A DNA stretch of 39,422 nt from a virus. This document shows, one piece after another, positions 7,998 through 17,412 of the stretch. How positions within the stretch are numbered: position 1 is the first letter of the stretch; every line of letters begins with the position of its first letter. Where the stretch lies: positions 1-39,422 of IMG/VR virus record IMGVR_UViG_3300045988_045917; one strand, written 5' to 3'. A program made the position numbers and the translations under genes. The notes beneath the pieces are model-generated. The model ran no database searches. It had not been told where the DNA came from and saw only the letters and a program-made list of their open reading frames with translations.

Positions 7998-9022
7998 TTT
8001 GTACCTACCTTCATTTCTAAACTGCAAGTATAATCTGTCCCGAAATTGTGCGTTGCTTTCAGAATAGGGCAATTAGTCCAAGTCTTGCCAAAATCTTTAA
8101 TTTTGACATTTGCACCTGCACCTGCAATTAAAGAAGTATCGCCAATACAATCAAGCGTTAACTTCCTTTCGGAAACGTTGCGTTTTTTCAGCTCGTCATT
8201 AGCTTGTTGAACCATCTGTGCCCAGTTAGCTTTGTTCTTGGCATTGACCACTTTAACAATCTGTCCCCAAGTTCTAATCGTGTTACCTCTTGCAGAAGCA
8301 ATCGTAAAACTTGTAGTAGCTGGATCATCTCCAGTATCGGAAGTAGCAGTAGCTGTCTTAGTTTGTGAATTATCGGTATTCTTTTGAACAACTTGAACCA
8401 CGTTAGCAGCATTATCAATACTTTCAGAGTAAGTATAATCACTCATCGTGTTTTGAGTATCAATAACTAAGAGGGTTCTTGTAGGAATAGGCGCTCTTCT
8501 AAGTTCGATATACATATGATTAGCAACAATGCAGTACATTTCGCCAGTAGCAGAGTATGTCTTATCTATTGCGCTCTTAATCATGTCAAATCCTGTCTTA
8601 CCATCACAAACTTCCGCAGGTACTCTGTAAGTTGGTTGTTCCTTGATATGAAACGGTACACCGAAACGGCGACAAACATTGCTGTATCTATCTCCAAGCG
8701 TCCCTGATTGAAAGACGACTGAACCTTCACTCTTTAGATATCTTTCAAAATCGTAAGCTTTAACACTTACAGTAGTGTCTGATGTACATTCTGCACTAAA
8801 CACAAACCCCCAGAAAATATCTTTATTATCCCAAGCAAAATCGACAATAGCTCCCATTGCTGGGATTATTGGATCTTTACCGTTCACAATATCAAACGTT
8901 AGCTCTCCAGCAGAGTAATTTAAGTCAGTTACCCACTTAAGATTTTTAACCATATCCTTGATTTCAACGCCAATTCTAGCTCCACCGTTATCGTGCTTAA
9001 GAATTTGAAGTTTTGTAATCAT
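7976..9022 (-). CDS. Tail/baseplate hub protein, XkdQ / late-control gpD-like
   Basis: 348 aa, positioned between the XkdP-like and XkdR-like genes of a contractile-tail module. Confidence 0.6.
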   Translation of the reverse strand: MITKLQILKHDNGGARIGVEIKDMVKNLKWVTDLNYSAGELTFDIVNGKDPIIPAMGAIVDFAWDNKDIFWGFVFSAECTSDTTVSVKAYDFERYLKSEGSVVFQSGTLGDRYSNVCRRFGVPFHIKEQPTYRVPAEVCDGKTGFDMIKSAIDKTYSATGEMYCIVANHMYIELRRAPIPTRTLLVIDTQNTMSDYTYSESIDNAANVVQVVQKNTDNSQTKTATATSDTGDDPATTSFTIASARGNTIRTWGQIVKVVNAKNKANWAQMVQQANDELKKRNVSERKLTLDCIGDTSLIAGAGANVKIKDFGKTWTNCPILKATHNFGTDYTCSLEMKVGTKWQENSL

Positions 9023-9708
9023 GCTAATCTCACTTCACTCTGTCTAACCCAGCCTCTAGGCCCACCATTTACTAATGCAACGTGAATTGGGAATGGGTGC
9101 CCCGGAGCTAAATAAGTAATTCGTCTTCTTACGTTATTCTCATATACACCTGGAGCACTTCCGTAACTATCTAAGCGCAACCGCCCATTCACAATCACAA
9201 TTGAGCCAATGCCCAACTTCTTAGGAGGAGCTGGTCTTGGTTTAGGCTTTGGAGGAGCTGGAACATTAACTTTATGGTACTTAACTTCTCTATACTGCTT
9301 TAAGCCCAAAGTGTAGGCATATTCGTCTGCAAATCCGCTCTTAAAGCCATATTCAAAACTAGAAATCGTCATAGTTACACTAATCTGAGTAGAACTGACA
9401 ACTAATTGAACATGATGTTTATTAGCTTGAATGTTTTTAAGCCAATTAATGTATTCATCTGGCTTCAAAAGTTTATCTGAACTAATCCAAGAACTATGTT
9501 TCTTAGGAAAAACACTATCAATCGAAAGAGATACCAATTTCATGTTACCTACTCGGTTAATCTCTCCCAAGTTCACAATAGTTTCTGATTTATCATCAGT
9601 TTCATATTTCAAAGTTAATTCTGACGGGTTGACAGGCAATTCAACCGTTCGGTTGGTTGAATAATCAGTGATATAAACACCAAAGCCGTTGACCGGCATA
9701 TTAACCAC
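9019..9708 (-). CDS. XkdP-like tail protein
   Basis: N-terminal pattern VELPVNPSELTLKYE...VNLGEINRVGNMKLVSLSIDSVFP parallels PBSX XkdP. It lies directly after the tape measure. Confidence 0.6.
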   Translation of the reverse strand: MVNMPVNGFGVYITDYSTNRTVELPVNPSELTLKYETDDKSETIVNLGEINRVGNMKLVSLSIDSVFPKKHSSWISSDKLLKPDEYINWLKNIQANKHHVQLVVSSTQISVTMTISSFEYGFKSGFADEYAYTLGLKQYREVKYHKVNVPAPPKPKPRPAPPKKLGIGSIVIVNGRLRLDSYGSAPGVYENNVRRRITYLAPGHPFPIHVALVNGGPRGWVRQSEVRLA

Positions 9709-12700
9709 CTCCTAGAGCTTTATTACGTCTATCAATAATCTTTTGATCGATTTTATCTAAAATCTTGTCTACGTCTGCATCTGGATCACCAGAAGCATTA
9801 ATGACAATAGCACCTTTATCAATTTGAACTTGAGTACTATTGTCTGTTTGGCTATTGCTATTGTTATTAGTCAACACTGAATTTGGAGTAATTGAGCCAG
9901 ATGTTACCGTATCGCTACCAACTGAACTAGAAGAAACTGCTCCTTGACCGAAAATGCCAATATTAGCTCTTGATCCATCAAGTCCAGTAATTGCGCCAGC
10001 AACATTGCTAATTGCGCCTAATGCTCTATTAAATCCATCTGCTAGTAAATCTCCCGGATTTATGCCACTTAATCCAATAGGATCTAAAGTTGGCGCCATT
10101 CCAGAAGCTGCATCTACAACACCTTGCGCCATACTTGCCGAAGCATCAGCAGCCGCACCTGCATCTCTGTTTAGTCCAATGATTAAACCTTGATCGACCC
10201 AGCGACCATATTGTCTAAATAGACGAGATGGAGAACCAATGTGAAGCACGCTTTTAGCAGCACTTACCACTTTGCTTGCTACACTTTGCACTGCACTAAC
10301 AGCAGCTCCAATCATGGATTTAATACCATTGACTAACCCTTGAATTAACTGTCTACCGACAGAAACTAAGGCATTTCCAAAACTTCTAGCGGCATTCACA
10401 GCATTAGAAATTCCACTTCTTACAGCACTTACTACTCCGCTCATTGCGCTAGTGATTGCTGAAACCATCATTGCACCAGCTGCAATAAATAAAGACGCCA
10501 TAATCATTACAGAAGCTCCAACAGCTACTAAGGCACTAGAAACAGCCATAGCCGCAGCAGCTACTATCATTAATCCAGCACCTAGCATAATCGCAGCAGC
10601 AGCTAATAACATCAATCCAATAGCAGCTATCATTGCCATTGATCCAACTAAGACTAAAGCTACAGCTAAAAGCATCAATCCGATTGCTGATACCATAGCC
10701 GTGACCATAATCATCATTAAAGCAACCGACATCAACATCAGACCAACTGCTGCGACCATTGCCATAGCTGAAACAAGAACTAATCCTACTCCTAAGAGTA
10801 AGATCCCAACGGCAGCGACTAAGCCCATAGCCATAACTAGAACTAAGGCAACTCCTAAAAGTAGTAAGCCAACTGCCGCAATTAGTGACATCGGACCAAT
10901 AAGCGATAAAGCAACCGATAAGAGAATTAATCCGACTGCCGCAACTATTGCACTAACCATAATGAGCATTAAAGCAACACCCATCAAAAGCAATCCGACG
11001 GCGGCAACAATACCCATTGCAGCAACTAAGACAAGTGCCACACCAAATAAGAGCATTCCAACTGCTGCGATAATTACCATTACAGCAACTAAGGCAATTG
11101 CTACTCCTAAAAGTAAAACACCAACAGCTGCAATTAGAGCAGTAATTCCGACTAATGCTAAACCAACTGCAAAAATTAGCGCTCCAACACCTGCTGCAAC
11201 TAAACCTACAGCAAGAACTACTAAAGCAACGCCTAAAAGAAGTACTCCAACAGCACCAACTATTGCAGCTAAACCAAATACAGCAATAGCACCAGCTAAA
11301 GCAAGTAATCCAACAGCTGCACTAGTTCCATATTCTGAAATAGTAGGTAGTTGAGTAGCTAATAGAGCGATACCAGCACTAGCAACTAAAACAGCAACAG
11401 CAATTAAGAGCAACGCAGCAGCAAAGATAGCAAAACCAATTGCTCCACCAATTAATGCTGGTCCTAAGAACCTAACTAAGATCACTAAAGCAGCAATAGC
11501 AGCAATCATTCCAAAGAACGTTGCTATAGCACCGCCACCTGCACTAGATATCTGCGTAGCTGCATCAGCTAGTAACTTAAATCCAGCACCAACCATTAAT
11601 GCACCAGCACCAACTAGGGCAAATGCTGCACCCAGTTTCATATATGCACCAGCATTACTTAAAATCTTGCCCGGCTTAGTCATTTTTGGTGACTCAATTT
11701 CAGGAGCCTTGATCTTCTTAGCGTTCTTAAAACCTTTAAAGAATTTAGAAACTTCTTTCATATAGCCGCCAATTTTTGCCATAGCTTTCAACATTGTAAA
11801 AGCTATCGCCAAAGCTACAAGTGCGTGAGCAATATTATTAATTGTACCTGGATCTAACTTATTCAATTCTTTCAAACCCCAAACAACAGCTTCAAATACT
11901 AAGCCTCTTAATCCACCTTTTAAGATAATAAAAGCTTGAGCTAACATCTGAATTGTGCCTGGATCTAGTTCACCAAGTGCTTCTGCAATTCCAGAAATAG
12001 ATTTAGCAGCACCACCCAATGCTCCACCAGCTAACTTTCCTAATTGCTTAAATAAGCTGTCTCCTCCGTTAGTTTGGTCCATCGTATTGACTAATTTACC
12101 GACAGAGTCAGTAATACTATCAAATGTATCTTTTAGAGAATTAAAAGCGCCAGAATCATCAAAGCCTTTTTTAAAATCATCAAAACCAGTCTTTAAATCG
12201 TCAAAAACTGGTTCCATATCAGCAACAGCTTTAAATAATCCGTCAACAAAACCATCAAAATTAACGTTTGATAGCTGATCTGTTAAATCAGAAACAAATT
12301 TAATGCCAACTTTACCCACTCTATCAAATGCGCCTTGCAATTTGTTAGCCATTGTTTCCTTTAAACCGTCAATAGCTTGCCCAACTGTTTTGAATTGAGT
12401 AGCCATTTTGGTAAAGTTGGCGTTTGTTCCTGTTTTAGCTATTGCGTTCAAGAAGTCCTCAGTTTTAACCTTTCCATCTTGAACGTTCTTAATTAATTGT
12501 TGGGTACTTACACCCATTGTCTTAGCAACGGCAGAAATACCTGCTGGCGTTTGTTCTAGCATAAGTTTAAAGTCTTGCCATTGCACCATTGGCTTGGCAG
12601 CCATTTGAGTTGCCTGCTCTGACAAAGTCTTCATAGCTTGTTGCGGATTAGAAGAAGCAGCAGCTAAACCACCAAAACCTCTAACTAATTGATCCACGTT

Positions 12701-13114
12701 TTTCGTGCCAACAGCAGCCAATTGTGAGTAAGTACTTGCCATATCAGAAGCACCGTAAATAGTTTGCTGGGCGAACTGTTGCATTGACTTTTTAGCAGTA
12801 GCAATTTCAGCCGGACTTTTGCCCAATTGGTGCATGTTCCCATCGAAAGTCTGCCATGCTTTACTTGCTTCATCTAATTCGCCATACATGGAACGAATTC
12901 CAGTACTAGCAAGTTCCATACCTTTGTTGATTGCTCCGCCAACAACAGTACCGCCAACCATTGACTTGAACATACTACCGCCACTAGAACCGCCAGAAAT
13001 AGCTTCTTTCAATTTGCTCATACCACTTTGCGCTTTTTGCAAACCACTAGACAGGCGATCTAATGGGTTACTAAAAGCGTCATTAATCTTAACAGTGGTG
13101 CTAATTGTACTCAT
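9701..13114 (-). CDS. Tail tape measure protein (1137 aa) with a very large central hydrophobic repeat block
   Basis: It is the largest ORF and follows the frameshifted chaperone pair. The N-terminal part is TMP-like. aa ~488-895 are almost purely A/V/L/I/G/M. Confidence 0.85.
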   Translation of the reverse strand: MSTISTTVKINDAFSNPLDRLSSGLQKAQSGMSKLKEAISGGSSGGSMFKSMVGGTVVGGAINKGMELASTGIRSMYGELDEASKAWQTFDGNMHQLGKSPAEIATAKKSMQQFAQQTIYGASDMASTYSQLAAVGTKNVDQLVRGFGGLAAASSNPQQAMKTLSEQATQMAAKPMVQWQDFKLMLEQTPAGISAVAKTMGVSTQQLIKNVQDGKVKTEDFLNAIAKTGTNANFTKMATQFKTVGQAIDGLKETMANKLQGAFDRVGKVGIKFVSDLTDQLSNVNFDGFVDGLFKAVADMEPVFDDLKTGFDDFKKGFDDSGAFNSLKDTFDSITDSVGKLVNTMDQTNGGDSLFKQLGKLAGGALGGAAKSISGIAEALGELDPGTIQMLAQAFIILKGGLRGLVFEAVVWGLKELNKLDPGTINNIAHALVALAIAFTMLKAMAKIGGYMKEVSKFFKGFKNAKKIKAPEIESPKMTKPGKILSNAGAYMKLGAAFALVGAGALMVGAGFKLLADAATQISSAGGGAIATFFGMIAAIAALVILVRFLGPALIGGAIGFAIFAAALLLIAVAVLVASAGIALLATQLPTISEYGTSAAVGLLALAGAIAVFGLAAIVGAVGVLLLGVALVVLAVGLVAAGVGALIFAVGLALVGITALIAAVGVLLLGVAIALVAVMVIIAAVGMLLFGVALVLVAAMGIVAAVGLLLMGVALMLIMVSAIVAAVGLILLSVALSLIGPMSLIAAVGLLLLGVALVLVMAMGLVAAVGILLLGVGLVLVSAMAMVAAVGLMLMSVALMMIMVTAMVSAIGLMLLAVALVLVGSMAMIAAIGLMLLAAAAIMLGAGLMIVAAAAMAVSSALVAVGASVMIMASLFIAAGAMMVSAITSAMSGVVSAVRSGISNAVNAARSFGNALVSVGRQLIQGLVNGIKSMIGAAVSAVQSVASKVVSAAKSVLHIGSPSRLFRQYGRWVDQGLIIGLNRDAGAAADASASMAQGVVDAASGMAPTLDPIGLSGINPGDLLADGFNRALGAISNVAGAITGLDGSRANIGIFGQGAVSSSSVGSDTVTSGSITPNSVLTNNNSNSQTDNSTQVQIDKGAIVINASGDPDADVDKILDKIDQKIIDRRNKALGGG
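10565..11323 (-). repeat. About 12 in-frame tandem copies of a 63-bp (21-aa) unit, consensus (I/V)AAVGLLLLGVALVLVxAMxx, inside the tape measure gene
   Basis: AAVG/AAIG motifs recur at aa 599, 620, 641, 662, 683, 704, 725, 746, 767, 788, 809 and 830, an exact 21-aa period. Confidence 0.85.
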
Positions 13115-13159
13115 TTACTACCTCCTTTCTTTGCTGAATGCAAAAAAAGAGGCTAAGCC

Positions 13160-13770
13160 TTAAATATGCTTAGACCTAGCCTTTCTTTTTGCTTTTCTCT
13201 CTTCTTCTTTTTCGTATTTTTGTCGTACTTCAATCGAAGCGACGACTAAAGCCTGCTCACGCCTTGACATCTCCGCCCATTGTTTAGGCGTCCAGTGATA
13301 TTCATTAAGAACATAGTGATAAATGTTAAAGTCGCCAACAGACTCATTTATTAGTTTTTTGCTTCTTCAACCAAGTCTTCTGAACTGTCATCATCGTTAA
13401 GACCTGATAAGTCCATAATTGCCTGCGATAGCTCAGTATATTCACCAACTTTAAGCATTTTCTTTAAAACTTCTTCCGGCTTAGCAATACAGCCCCATGA
13501 AGTTTGCAACTTTTCATTGTTTAAGTTAGGAGAAACAACAGCTTCTGCTACAACTAAGTCTTGGAACTGATTTTCATCAGTTTCTTGTTCATACTTATGT
13601 GTCTTTCGGTTAAGAACTCGTTTAGTTGCTTGCTTTCGAAGGTCAGATACTTCATCAGCAGTTAAAGATTTAATCTTAAAAGGAGACTTAAATCTTTCTA
13701 ACTTAATTTCTTTTTCTTCTACTGGACTACCAACATTTTCAAATAAAAAATCTTCAACACTTTCAGCCAT
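13160..13770 (-). CDS. Tail assembly chaperone, -1 frameshift fusion product (gpGT analogue)
   Basis: Slippery A_AAA_AAC at 13354-13360 sits one codon before the stop. The -1 frame stays open for 65 more codons (LINESVGDFNIYHYVLNEYHWTPKQWAEMSRREQALVV...KHI) to the TAA at 13160-13162. Confidence 0.7.
13351..13770 (-). CDS. Tail assembly chaperone (XkdN-like), short product
   Basis: 139-aa acidic protein between the tube and tape measure genes. Confidence 0.75.
   Translation of the reverse strand: MAESVEDFLFENVGSPVEEKEIKLERFKSPFKIKSLTADEVSDLRKQATKRVLNRKTHKYEQETDENQFQDLVVAEAVVSPNLNNEKLQTSWGCIAKPEEVLKKMLKVGEYTELSQAIMDLSGLNDDDSSEDLVEEAKN
13354..13360 (-). promoter_or_regulatory. Programmed -1 ribosomal frameshift heptamer AAAAAAC
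   Basis: Canonical X_XXY_YYZ in the zero frame (GC A AAA AAC TAA). Confidence 0.7.
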
Positions 13771-13781
13771 TTAAATACTCC

Positions 13782-14252
13782 TTAATTAATTCCGTCAAAT
13801 TCTTGTACTAAGTTGACACCTTCAAAAGTGAAATCACTTTCCCATTCCATTACGCCATCATCAGCTTCAAAATCAGCAATTGGGATATCGTCCAAGTTAA
13901 CATCTGTTAGTTGCACCACTTGCTTACCTGCTCTTGAAGTTGGGTCATGGATAGTTAAAGTTGCGTCAAAATATAAATCCCCACCGTCTTGAGTGTATGG
14001 AATACCGTACTTAAGCCAATTTGAACTAATCAAATAGCCACCTAAAGTTCCTGTACCTTCAACAGAAGTAGTTTTCTTTCTCTTCCAGTGAGAGCCTAAA
14101 GTTTGAACATCTTCCTTGTTCTTTTCAAGCTTAGCTGTGAACTTATCACATTCAATCATCTTAATAATGTTGCCATTAATTTTGATTGATAAAGTAGCAT
14201 CTTTGGTTGAGATGGTATCTCGACCATTTAAAAACTCATCAATTGCAGCCAT
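13782..14252 (-). CDS. Tail tube protein (XkdM-like)
   Basis: 156 aa, directly after the sheath gene. Confidence 0.7.
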   Translation of the reverse strand: MAAIDEFLNGRDTISTKDATLSIKINGNIIKMIECDKFTAKLEKNKEDVQTLGSHWKRKKTTSVEGTGTLGGYLISSNWLKYGIPYTQDGGDLYFDATLTIHDPTSRAGKQVVQLTDVNLDDIPIADFEADDGVMEWESDFTFEGVNLVQEFDGIN

Positions 14253-14263
14253 CTATGTTCCTC

Positions 14264-15619
14264 CTATCTAACTACCATCGTCATGTAAAGTTTTTCCATT
14301 GCATCAACTGGAGTAACTGCTAAGTTAACAACAATCGAGTCAATATCGTTCCCTGCTTCTACTGTGATGTCAGTATTGGCAAAGGATTGAATAATATTCC
14401 TATTTTGCAATCCCGTTAAGTAAGCAATTCGATCTGCTTTAAACAAGTCACGACCAGCTGCATTGTTACCGACCTTGCCTAAGTAAGTTCTTTCGAAAGT
14501 ATTTTCAGTATCAGTAGCAATCTCATCTAAAGTCCTCATTACTCTGTTTTTAGAGAATGACTGTGGCTTTTCAGCCGTAAACTTGTGTAATGAGTTGATA
14601 TCTTGTTCAATTACTACTCTTTGGCCAGGACGTGTAGTGAACACAATTTGCCCAGCATCAAGAGCTTTAATTGTCTTTTCATTATCAAATTTTGGATATG
14701 CTGAAACAGCATCTTCAACTTCAAAATAAGTTAAAGAAGTTGCTACATCAGCAGAAGCGGAAATACCAGCGAAGTAACCAGTTGCATCTTTAACATCTAC
14801 ATTAGTACCATCGCTTAAAGTGTAACCATTCACAACGGTTGAAATACCCTCATAGTTATAAGTAGTATCTGCATCAGTAGGAATTACACCTCTAACCTTG
14901 CGACCTTCATTTTCACGGAGACGCTTAACTGCTTCCACAACCAACTTGTTTATGTTGCTTGATGGTTCAAAGCCAGCAGTAGTAACAACTGCGTACTCTT
15001 CATTTTCTAAAGTGTCATTCAATAAGCTTTCAACTTTATTAGACTCAGTAGTAGTACCGCCAGTCAAAGCGCCTGAAACATTAGTAAATGCTACAGGCTT
15101 TGAACTACCCTCTTCGACTACTTTTGCAGTGATGTAATCATTGCCCTTGAACTTATCTAATTCATTGAACTTGATTGATTGTTCATCAACCAACTTAGTA
15201 CCAAAGATAGTTGATACAGTAGCCGCATTCTGATCAGCTGGACTAACTTCAACACTAACGGTAATTTGATTACCCTTTTCACCTGGATAATTTGCAGTAA
15301 CAGTCCAAGGCAGTCCTGCTTTAGTCAAAGCCGCTGCTGTACCCTCATTGGGGTTAAGAACAAGCACTTTAGAAGCACCTTTTAGTGTTTCCTTTAAAGC
15401 TGTAAGAGATGGATCATCTAAAGTAGTACCTAATTTCTTAGTGAAATCACTGTTAGCTTCCACTTCAATGACACCATTCTTGCCCCATCCTAAGCCTTTA
15501 TCACGAATTAACAACACTCTACCTAGAGAAGAAGCTGCTTCTCTTTGACCATTACCTACGACATTGATATAAGCGCCTGGTCTGCGCTTATCTTGAGCTT
15601 TCCAAGTTCCTCCTGCCAT
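14264..15619 (-). CDS. Contractile tail sheath protein (XkdK-like)
   Basis: The N-terminus MAGGTWKAQDKRRPGAYINV matches the conserved sheath N-terminus. 451 aa. Confidence 0.85.
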   Translation of the reverse strand: MAGGTWKAQDKRRPGAYINVVGNGQREAASSLGRVLLIRDKGLGWGKNGVIEVEANSDFTKKLGTTLDDPSLTALKETLKGASKVLVLNPNEGTAAALTKAGLPWTVTANYPGEKGNQITVSVEVSPADQNAATVSTIFGTKLVDEQSIKFNELDKFKGNDYITAKVVEEGSSKPVAFTNVSGALTGGTTTESNKVESLLNDTLENEEYAVVTTAGFEPSSNINKLVVEAVKRLRENEGRKVRGVIPTDADTTYNYEGISTVVNGYTLSDGTNVDVKDATGYFAGISASADVATSLTYFEVEDAVSAYPKFDNEKTIKALDAGQIVFTTRPGQRVVIEQDINSLHKFTAEKPQSFSKNRVMRTLDEIATDTENTFERTYLGKVGNNAAGRDLFKADRIAYLTGLQNRNIIQSFANTDITVEAGNDIDSIVVNLAVTPVDAMEKLYMTMVVR

Positions 15620-15846
15620 TAAAATCCCTCCTTAAATTTGTCAATCGCCTTTTGAACTTCGGCAATTGTGTATTCTTTGTCATCATCTAAAGCTAATTTC
15701 AAAATATCCCGTTCAATAACTGAGAACTTAGGACTTGAAATCAAAGCTTGTTTTGTGAATTTAACATCTTCAACTTTAATAGGCACTTTAATTTTGCCCA
15801 CCGGAGTCTCGGTTTCCGTTTTATTGGATTTCTCCATTAAACTCAA
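15619..15846 (-). CDS. Hypothetical small structural-module protein
   Basis: 75-aa ORF, translationally coupled on both sides. Confidence 0.55.
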   Translation of the reverse strand: MSLMEKSNKTETETPVGKIKVPIKVEDVKFTKQALISSPKFSVIERDILKLALDDDKEYTIAEVQKAIDKFKEGF

Positions 15847-16228
15847 CCCTTTCTAGCTTTCCACCGTCTTGAACCGGATACATCTCTAACCTCAAATCAA
15901 AACTCATTACTAAAGTTTCATCATCTTGGTTGATAGTCGTTTCTCGGTTTCTAACAGTTGCATAATCATCTAATCTTGTAAAATTATTCAGTAATTTTTG
16001 CTCTACTTCTTCCATATCAGCATTAGGACGATCTGGATTAGCAAAATATGTTATTGAGTAAGACAAGCTTCTATCTTGAATATCAAAAAAGCGACTCTTA
16101 GTGACTGTCATTATCTTACTGATATAAAATGACGGCACTTGAAAACCGCTTTTCTGTTTTTCTGAATAAATTGTCACATCAGGAAATATCTCTGATATTC
16201 GCTTAGCTATTCTTTCAACTATTGTCAT
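15821..16228 (-). CDS. Tail completion/terminator-type protein (XkdJ position)
   Basis: 135 aa. Assigned from position between the HK97 gp10-like gene and the sheath gene only. Confidence 0.45.
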   Translation of the reverse strand: MTIVERIAKRISEIFPDVTIYSEKQKSGFQVPSFYISKIMTVTKSRFFDIQDRSLSYSITYFANPDRPNADMEEVEQKLLNNFTRLDDYATVRNRETTINQDDETLVMSFDLRLEMYPVQDGGKLERVEFNGEIQ

Positions 16229-16659
16229 TCAAACAAGTCCTTTAACCCCCACAGACCCTCTGTTACCAACTGTGGCAACTGTCTTTGAATTTGTGGAATA
16301 GATTTCTTCATGTAAAACTGACCAGGCACCCAATCTCTAACCAGGCGCTTTTTCAGTACTGGTACATATCTTCCAGGTGTCTGCCTGTGACCACTTTCAA
16401 CGTAAGAAGCATATTCAGCATTGTTAATTAATTTGATCGTCCAACCACCGCAACCATAGGTCGGCCCTTCTGCCGCCCATGATCTGCGAAGGTTGCCTTG
16501 CTTTACAGGAGTGTTTGCTTCCAAAATTCGTAGTGATTGAGTGCCTATACGCCTAGAACTCTTTCCAAGCTCCTGTTTTACATAGCCACTATCAATCTTC
16601 TGCCTTACTCTACTAGCGAATTGCTGAAATTGAGCATCATCAACATGTCCTAAACTCAT
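16225..16659 (-). CDS. HK97 gp10-family head-tail joining protein
   Basis: Motif LEANTPVKQGNLRRSW resembles the gp10-family PVDTGxLRxS signature. Confidence 0.6.
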   Translation of the reverse strand: MSLGHVDDAQFQQFASRVRQKIDSGYVKQELGKSSRRIGTQSLRILEANTPVKQGNLRRSWAAEGPTYGCGGWTIKLINNAEYASYVESGHRQTPGRYVPVLKKRLVRDWVPGQFYMKKSIPQIQRQLPQLVTEGLWGLKDLFE

Positions 16660-17018
16660 GCTTTCTCACTCCTAACCATCGCTACTTCCTGATGGCTGAA
16701 ATAGCCACTATAGCCCTTACTAGCACGTTTATATTTAGTCAGTTGACCATTTACATCAGTCACATAAATATCTGCACCAGCAGGGATTTTAATGCCATTT
16801 CGAATAATCAATTTTGCATCATATTCGTCAGTGCCGAAGAATGATTGTTCACTAGTTGATTGCCCTTTTAAGACAACCTTAGCTGGTTCATCTTCAACAA
16901 TAGTCACATCTTCGTTATTAGTGATGTAGCCATGTTTGGTTGGCTGAGTACCCACAATCTTAACTCGATCATTCCATAGCTTAGAAAGTGCATTTTTTAA
17001 ACCATTAAAGTAACTCAT
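16656..17018 (-). CDS. Head closure / head-tail adaptor protein
   Basis: 120 aa. Assigned from position in the connector cluster. Confidence 0.5.
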   Translation of the reverse strand: MSYFNGLKNALSKLWNDRVKIVGTQPTKHGYITNNEDVTIVEDEPAKVVLKGQSTSEQSFFGTDEYDAKLIIRNGIKIPAGADIYVTDVNGQLTKYKRASKGYSGYFSHQEVAMVRSEKA

Positions 17019-17404
17019 TGGGCTAACCTTCTAAAATTATTGAGTAACAATACATAGTTATCCGTAATCGTATTAATAGCTTGCAATGCTGAATAAATAT
17101 CACTTGGATGTCTAAAAGAAACAGATGTATCGCCCTCTGATAGGGATTGAATATTCCCTACTTGTTGATCTTTTGGTACTAGCCATTGATGAGTGTCAAT
17201 AGTTTGTACTGCTAAGCCTAAAATAGTTGGTTCAAGCTCTTCTGGTAGCTCTAAAATTGGAATATTTGTGTAAATTGAAACATCAGAAATAACTTTTTCT
17301 AGTGTAAATTCCAATACGCTGTCATAGTTAGGTGCATTATCAGTATTAGGCAGAAAATCAGCTAAATGTTTTTTGACCTCTTCAAATCGTGGGTATTTAT
17401 CCAT
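17015..17404 (-). CDS. Head-tail connector (gp6-like) protein
   Basis: 129 aa, the first gene after the capsid gene. Confidence 0.5.
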   Translation of the reverse strand: MDKYPRFEEVKKHLADFLPNTDNAPNYDSVLEFTLEKVISDVSIYTNIPILELPEELEPTILGLAVQTIDTHQWLVPKDQQVGNIQSLSEGDTSVSFRHPSDIYSALQAINTITDNYVLLLNNFRRLAQ

Positions 17405-17412
17405 CTAACCAC

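Noticed and set aside
10565-11323. Regularly spaced 63-bp repeats that might be mistaken for a CRISPR array
   Set aside because: The units are contiguous with no unique spacers. They are in frame within a long ORF and encode a coherent hydrophobic peptide repeat.
10452-11354. 300-aa plus-strand ORF with a PTAAT/ATPKS-type repeat sequence
   Set aside because: It is exactly antisense to the 63-bp repeat block of the tape measure gene. It has no SD and a low-complexity product. It is a shadow ORF created by the repeat periodicity.
13137-13163. AGGCT-T-AGCCT plus a T7 run resembling a terminator between the chaperone and tape measure genes
   Set aside because: The loop would be 1-3 nt, which is sterically implausible. 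The site lies inside a translationally tight operon and the T-run overlaps the tape measure SD region.
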